NCBI GenBank assembly: GCA_963812135.1
Contig: CAWETU010000001.1
Span: forward strand, 992,001-1,056,000
DNA from: Vulcanimicrobiota bacterium
GTDB taxonomy: Bacteria > Vulcanimicrobiota > Vulcanimicrobiia > Eremiobacterales > Eremiobacteraceae
DNA length: 64,000 nt
Reading direction: 5' to 3'
Shown piece after piece: positions 58,786-64,000 of the stretch. Position 1 is the stretch's first letter; every line of letters starts with the position of its first letter. The position numbers and the translations under genes are program-made. The notes below the pieces were generated by a model. The model saw only the letters and a program-made list of their open reading frames with translations, did no database searches and was not told the DNA's origin.

Positions 58786-60129
58786 CTAGCGGCGGCGGAT
58801 CATCGGCAGTACGTCGGCCGTCGCCGGCGCGGTTGCCGCCCGCAGTGCGTCCACTGCCATCGGATCGTATTTGTGCGGCGTCAACGAGCGTATCTCGTCG
58901 ATCGCCTCGTCGTGCGTCATGCCTGCGCCCTGCGGACGCGCCGTCGTCAGGTCGACGTATTTGGTCGCGACGCCGACGATACGCGCGAGCATGCAGATGT
59001 CGTCGGCATGCAGGCCGCGCGGATATCCCGTGCCATCGAGCAGTTCGCAGTGCTGCTCGACGATATCGGCGATTTGCCGGTAATCGCGCCAACGTGCGAC
59101 CAGCCGAGCGCCGACCTCGATGTGGCGCGGCGTACGCTGGCCAGGCATCGCAAGCATGCCGACGTCGTGCAGCAGCGCGCCGCGGCGCAGCATCTCGAGG
59201 TCGACCGAAGATAACCCGAGCGCGACACCGATGGCGGTCGCCATCTGCGCAGTGCGCCGCGAACGTCCGCTGTCCGTGCCTTCGCGATAATCGATGGCGA
59301 AGGCCAGCGCCTCGATGAGGTCGCCGTTGATGCGATCGAGTTTTCCGATTTTGTCGAAGAAGTCGATGTTCTCGTGTTCGAGCGCGGCGAGATACCGTTC
59401 GGAGCGCGCGCGCAACGCCGAATACGAGAGCCGCGCGACGACGAGCGGCGCGCCGAAGTACAGCAGCGCGCTCCAACGCTGCGCGGCGATGTCGCCGGCG
59501 AGCAGATAGCCGAGACCGCACAGCGCGCCGAAGGCGAGCAGCGCCCAGCCGGCGATGCCGTCGCCGGAAAGCGCGAGCGAGGGCGGGCCTGAGTTGCGCA
59601 TCAGCGCGGCGGGCGCGATGACTTCGGCGACGTAGGCGAACGCGGTGTAGATGAGCGCGGCGAAGATGCCGGGCGCCCCGAACGCGGCGGCCGTCGTCGC
59701 GATCACGCCGCCGATGAGCGGTCCGAACACCGAGCCCGCGAGGATGAACGCGCTGTCCGAGCCGCTGACCGCGCGCGAAGAGAGCAAACGAGCGCCGCCG
59801 CGCGCGAAGCCCACGAGCACCGCGGCCGGCGTGCCGTAGAGCGCGAACGCTGCCACGACGATGGTGAGCGACGGCCCGATGACGCGTCCGCCGACGCGCA
59901 CCATGTCGCCGGTGAACCACTCCAAGAAGACCGCGCATGCGACGAGCACCGCAAGTGTCACGGGCGCATGCCACGCGGCGAGCACCGCCCAGATGAGCGC
60001 CGCGACTGCGAGCCCCGCGACAACGCGAGGCGCAGCGTTCGGCGTCGCGTCGAGCGACCAGAACGCAGCGCGCGGGTTCGCGAACGGCCCGCGGACCGGA
60101 GACAATGGTGAACGGAGCGGTTTGCTCAC
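58786..60129 (-). CDS. Membrane-bound HD-GYP-like protein (partly degenerate)
   Basis: About 7 TM segments; LLHDVG and DGTGYP.GL. Confidence 0.8.
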   Translation of the reverse strand: MSKPLRSPLSPVRGPFANPRAAFWSLDATPNAAPRVVAGLAVAALIWAVLAAWHAPVTLAVLVACAVFLEWFTGDMVRVGGRVIGPSLTIVVAAFALYGTPAAVLVGFARGGARLLSSRAVSGSDSAFILAGSVFGPLIGGVIATTAAAFGAPGIFAALIYTAFAYVAEVIAPAALMRNSGPPSLALSGDGIAGWALLAFGALCGLGYLLAGDIAAQRWSALLYFGAPLVVARLSYSALRARSERYLAALEHENIDFFDKIGKLDRINGDLIEALAFAIDYREGTDSGRSRRTAQMATAIGVALGLSSVDLEMLRRGALLHDVGMLAMPGQRTPRHIEVGARLVARWRDYRQIADIVEQHCELLDGTGYPRGLHADDICMLARIVGVATKYVDLTTARPQGAGMTHDEAIDEIRSLTPHKYDPMAVDALRAATAPATADVLPMIRRR

Positions 60130-60281
60130 ATCATATGAGACCTTAGCGCTTGGCAGCCTGTTACGGGCGTAACCATTGCGCCGGAGGGCTTCGTTCTTAC
60201 TTGAGGAAGGCGCAAACTGTGATACACGCGATATACCGGCCCCGGAGATCGACGCTGCTGTTTAGCATCGTGGGACGCCTC

Positions 60282-60719
60282 ATGCTGGCGAGCGCGTCTT
60301 GCCTGCTCGTGCTGACCGCGGTCACAATCGCCCGCGCAGCCGGCGCACCCGCGGTCGTGCACCTGAGCCTCGACCACAACGCGAAGGTCAGCCACGTGAG
60401 CGCCGGCGACTCGGTCGGCGTCGGGCCCGCGGTGTTGACGGTCCACGTCGGCGACTCGATCGTCTTCGTCAACGACGACGCCGTCGCGCACCACACCGCG
60501 ACCGGGCTTGTCGGCGCAACGCTGTTCGGCGAGCCGCGCTGGACCCAAGCGGTGCTCAAGCCGTTCGGCGACATCGGAGCGCAGCAGTGGAGCAGCGGCG
60601 ACATCGCACCAGGCGCGCGCTCGGCCCCTCTCATCGCCAGCACGCCAGGCACGTTCCTCTACGGCTGTTTCTTTCATTACTCAGCCGGAATGCGTGGCGA
60701 AATTATCGTCGAACCTTAG
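60282..60719 (+). CDS. Secreted plastocyanin/azurin-like cupredoxin (start approximate)
   Basis: V.VGD...F.N....HTAT and YGCFFHYSAGM (C-x2-H-x4-M). Confidence 0.8.
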   Translation: MLASASCLLVLTAVTIARAAGAPAVVHLSLDHNAKVSHVSAGDSVGVGPAVLTVHVGDSIVFVNDDAVAHHTATGLVGATLFGEPRWTQAVLKPFGDIGAQQWSSGDIAPGARSAPLIASTPGTFLYGCFFHYSAGMRGEIIVEP

Positions 60720-60744
60720 GCTCCCGCCACGAAGGGAGCGACGA

Positions 60745-62145
60745 GTGGAATTTCGCGAGCCGATCGAGCAGCTGATCCACGATCCGCGCGAGTACACCAA
60801 TGATGTGCATTTCCCACCGGCATCGGAACTGCGCATCTACGATACGTCGCTGCGCGACGGCGAGCAGATGTGCGGCATCGCCTACACACCGGAGACGAAG
60901 TACGAGATCTGCCGGCGGCTCTCCGATATCGGCGTCCACATCATGGACGTCGGGTTTCCGGCGGTCTCTGAAGACGAACGCCGCTCGCTGCAGCTGATCA
61001 TGGAAGGCAAGCGCAAAGGCGAGATCCGCGAAGACCTCGACGTCGTCGTGATGTGCCGCAGCACGAGCAAGGACATCGACGCGACGCTGAGCGCGCTCGC
61101 CGAGATCAACGTCGCGCCGAGCGCGGTGACGTTCTTCGTCTTCACGTCGGGTAGCGATCTGCACATGAAGTACAAGATCGGCAAGGCGCTGCTCGCACGC
61201 GAAGGCAAGTCTGAGTCAGAGTGGCTCGACCTGCCGTTGTCATTTTTCCGGCAAGCCAACATCCGCATGCAGTGCGATGCCATCCGCTACGCGCGCGGCC
61301 ATGGCGTCGAGCGGGTCGAGTTCGGCGGCGAAGACGGCAGCCGCGGCGACGTCGATTATTTCATCGAGCTGTTCAAGGCCGGCCTGGAAGCCGGCGCCAC
61401 GCGGCCGTCGTGGCCGGACACGGTCGGTTGCCTGACGCCCGAGGCCACGCGTTGGCACTCGGAGCGCATCGTCGACGCGATGCCCGATGGCGTCACGCTG
61501 CTCAATCATTTCCACAACGACTACGGGCTGGGAACGATCAACTGCATCACGTCGCTATCGTGCGGATTCAAAGCGTTCACCGTCACGGCGAACGGCTATG
61601 GCGAGCGTGCCGGCAACGTGCCCCTGCACCAAGTCGTCACGGCGCTCAAGGTGCTCTACGGCATCGACATCCCGGGTTTCAAGTACCACAAATTGTGGGA
61701 GCTGGCGCGCTTCATGGAGTCCGTCTCTGGGTACCCGATACAGGCGCACGAGCCGATCATCGGCGCGAACGTGTTCGCGCACGAATCTGGGATCCATACG
61801 CACGCGATGCTGATCGACCGGCGCATGTACGAGGCAGTGCCGGCAGAACTCGTCGGCGGACATATGCATTTCGTGTATGGCAAGCACAGCGGGCTGTCGG
61901 TCGTCGAGGCGGCGCTGAAGAAGAACGCGGCAAAGCTCGCGAAGGCAGGCGTCACGGTGGACGCAGCACTTTCCAAGCGCGTGCTCGAGGAAGTCAAGCG
62001 CGTGCGCGAGGAGCGCGCCTCGACCGGGCGCACGCAGGACATCATCAACCAGTACTACGCAGGCATCAACAGTCTCGGGCTGACCGAGGACGACGTGATC
62101 ACGATCGCCGAAGGACTCGGGCGTCCGCTGGGCGCGAAGGCCTAA
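60745..62145 (+). CDS. DRE-TIM acyl-CoA condensing enzyme (homocitrate/isopropylmalate synthase-like), no LeuA regulatory domain
   Basis: DTSLRDGEQ, HFHND.G, NG.GERAGN and FAHESGIH; GGGAG RBS before GTG. Confidence 0.85.
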   Translation: MEFREPIEQLIHDPREYTNDVHFPPASELRIYDTSLRDGEQMCGIAYTPETKYEICRRLSDIGVHIMDVGFPAVSEDERRSLQLIMEGKRKGEIREDLDVVVMCRSTSKDIDATLSALAEINVAPSAVTFFVFTSGSDLHMKYKIGKALLAREGKSESEWLDLPLSFFRQANIRMQCDAIRYARGHGVERVEFGGEDGSRGDVDYFIELFKAGLEAGATRPSWPDTVGCLTPEATRWHSERIVDAMPDGVTLLNHFHNDYGLGTINCITSLSCGFKAFTVTANGYGERAGNVPLHQVVTALKVLYGIDIPGFKYHKLWELARFMESVSGYPIQAHEPIIGANVFAHESGIHTHAMLIDRRMYEAVPAELVGGHMHFVYGKHSGLSVVEAALKKNAAKLAKAGVTVDAALSKRVLEEVKRVREERASTGRTQDIINQYYAGINSLGLTEDDVITIAEGLGRPLGAKA

Positions 62146-62176
62146 CGACTCCCAAGGGCGGGAAAGACAGGACAGA

Positions 62177-63115
62177 ATGAAAGAGACCTCTACAGACAGC
62201 GCACACGTGACATCGGAATGGATTCGGCGGCCGCTTCCGGACCTTGGCGGCATCTCGCCGGTCGACGCGGTCAACGAACCAGAAGCCCGTCGCAAGCTCG
62301 ACGATCTCTTGACCGAGTTGGCCGGCCACCACGTACGGCTCGCAAATCTGGGACTGCCGGCGATCGATCCCGCGGAGATCCGCAAAGCGCTCGGCATCGA
62401 AGCCGCGACGGCAGCGCATGCGCGCGCGCCGGCGCGAGTGGTGCGACCAGGCCCGATCAAGCGCAACCAGCTCCTCGACGAACTCGGCACCGCGCTCACC
62501 GGCGGCGATGTCGACAGCGTGGCGTATTACAACACGAAGTCGCACGCGGTCGAGCACTTCATGCACAACCTGGGCGACCAGGAGAACGCGCGCATCGCGG
62601 AAGCCGACGCGAACGCCGACATGAAGAAGATCGCGCCCGTGACGACGGAAGTCCGCTACGGCATCATGTCCGACTTCATCAGCCTCGTCGAGGACATCAA
62701 CGTCGCTGGGCGCTTGCGCAGCGCGATCTCCGGTAAGGGCGCTTTCCGGCGCTTCCGCGAGGCGGTCGACGAGGATGACACGCTGCGCCGGCGTTGGCTC
62801 GGCTATCGCACCAAGCGGCACTACCACTTGGCGCTGGACTGGCTGCATGCCAACAGCTACAAGCCCGAAGGCATGATCCCGGCCGACTACGACTGGGAAC
62901 CGCAGTCCGAGGCGGCGCAGGCGGCGGCGCGCACGGCGGAGGCGGCGAAAGCCACAAGCTCGCAACCTGCAGCCGCTGCACCGGCACCCGCGGCAGAGAC
63001 GGAACAAGCGGCGCCGGCGGCGGAGGCGGTCAACGACGCGCAACCGGTGCAACAACCGGACGAGTCGAGCGCGACCGATACGCCCGGGGAAGAGGTCACT
63101 GCGTCGACGTCGTGA
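62177..63115 (+). CDS. UPF0158-family protein with N-terminal MbcA/ParS/Xre-like motif and low-complexity tail
   Basis: M.DFI..V.D....L..AI.GKGAFRRFR; N-term W...P.P.LGG.SP. Confidence 0.7.
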   Translation: MKETSTDSAHVTSEWIRRPLPDLGGISPVDAVNEPEARRKLDDLLTELAGHHVRLANLGLPAIDPAEIRKALGIEAATAAHARAPARVVRPGPIKRNQLLDELGTALTGGDVDSVAYYNTKSHAVEHFMHNLGDQENARIAEADANADMKKIAPVTTEVRYGIMSDFISLVEDINVAGRLRSAISGKGAFRRFREAVDEDDTLRRRWLGYRTKRHYHLALDWLHANSYKPEGMIPADYDWEPQSEAAQAAARTAEAAKATSSQPAAAAPAPAAETEQAAPAAEAVNDAQPVQQPDESSATDTPGEEVTASTS

Positions 63116-63124
63116 CGCAAATAG

Positions 63125-63151
63125 GCGCGGATCCAAACTGTGGTCCGCGCC
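63125..63151. terminator. Hairpin, possible terminator
   Basis: ggcgcgga...tccgcgcc after the 63115 stop; no clear U-tract. Confidence 0.45.
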
Positions 63152-63276
63152 TCTATCGGTTCAAAGTGCCGGGTGCGCCTTATCCTTGGGGGACCGCACG
63201 AGCGTCACCCGGCTACTCACAAGACCAGGCTGCCCATGGTTTTGTTACAGCCCCCAGAAAAGAATTTTTTGGGTCC

Positions 63277-64000
63277 CTAATCGACCGCGCCGCCCAGGGT
63301 CATGAGTGCCCGAAAAGCCCGGAAAACCGTGAGAAAATCCTCGTGGGCGTAGCGGATGTGGCGTCCCCCGATCCGCTCGGCGCCGGGCAGCAGGGCAGCC
63401 ATATCGGCCTTGACCGTCGAGGTGAAACGCAGCTCGAGGACCACCGGACTCTCGAAGCGGTAGGGCTGCGCCCCTCGCGCCTTGGCACCTGACAGCGCGC
63501 GTTCGATGCCGGCCCGGATCGCGGCGCGAGCTTCTTTTGGGGAGAGTGACTCCGCGGCATAGCGCCCGATTGCGCGTTTGACTTCCACCGTCTCAGCCCA
63601 CGGCAAGAAACTGCGGGCATCGGCGCACGCCGATTGATCGCCTGACAAGAACACCACCGGCACGCCAAACGTTCCCGCGACGGCCGCATTGATGCGCGCT
63701 TCGCTGCACGGTTGGCCGTTGATGATGACTTCGTAAAGCTCTTCGCTCGTGTACGTATGGTCGAGCACGGCGTCTTGCGTGCCGGCGCCGCCATGATAGC
63801 CGACATACGCCGCAGCCGTAAAGGTCGGGTCGACCCCTTGGTTCATCGACAGTGGTTTTGGACTGCCGCGGATGAGACGCACCTGCGGCGGCAGCTGCTC
63901 GTGGATGATATTGCGCATGTTCCAATGCGAATCGTTGACGAGTATCTCTTGTGCGCCGGCCGCGAACGCGCCCTCGCACGCCGCGTTGACCTCGCCGGTC
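63277..64000 (-). CDS. dppA: M55 D-aminopeptidase (DppA family), 5' end outside the window
   Basis: VNDSH..M.N, VGYH, LDHT, SE..INA and LSGD. Confidence 0.88.
   Translation of the reverse strand, partial: TGEVNAACEGAFAAGAQEILVNDSHWNMRNIIHEQLPPQVRLIRGSPKPLSMNQGVDPTFTAAAYVGYHGGAGTQDAVLDHTYTSEELYEVIINGQPCSEARINAAVAGTFGVPVVFLSGDQSACADARSFLPWAETVEVKRAIGRYAAESLSPKEARAAIRAGIERALSGAKARGAQPYRFESPVVLELRFTSTVKADMAALLPGAERIGGRHIRYAHEDFLTVFRAFRALMTLGGAVD

Noticed and set aside
17960..61515. Many long antisense or alternate-frame ORFs (e.g. 17960..19405, 29648..31042, 36148..37605, 58385..59974)
   Set aside because: They are shadows of high-GC codon bias over well-supported genes, with no motifs of their own.

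Overview
High-GC bacterial chromosomal segment, densely coding, with no rRNA, tRNA, CRISPR array or transposase that I can support. The gene families present (many orphan family-5 peptide-binding lipoproteins, tandem copper-amine-oxidase-N-terminal surface proteins, 'APADEYFG' secreted proteins, ThyX) suggest a diderm Terrabacteria lineage such as Eremiobacterota/WPS-2. That placement is inference only. Content: CPBP protease, rubrerythrin-VIT1 fusion, moaDE, sodA, fabI, iscX, Lon-N, Nudix, an atypical Clp ATPase, class I aldolase, FNR, thiGHSE, MsrP-like oxidoreductase, aspartyl protease, amidohydrolase, beta-carbonic anhydrase, three stalk+beta-barrel paralogs, thyX, a MarR-RND-TolC operon followed by three peptide SBPs, DAG kinase, site-2 protease, hemL, two acyl-CoA ligases, a liv-type ABC transporter, a two-component system, an HD-GYP-like protein, a DRE-TIM synthase, a UPF0158 protein and DppA. 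Best leads: (1) a hidden AhpD-family selenoprotein (CxxU, in-frame UGA plus a bSECIS-like hairpin) that the ORF track splits in two; (2) a GTAG-type REP family that has entered coding sequence and supplies stop codons and in-frame peptide; (3) recurrent apparent non-canonical start codons (ATA/ATC/CTG); (4) a tandem array of candidate outer-membrane tether/porin proteins; (5) a ClpE-like ATPase with a hydrophobic segment, a degenerate second Walker B and no ClpP-docking loop.
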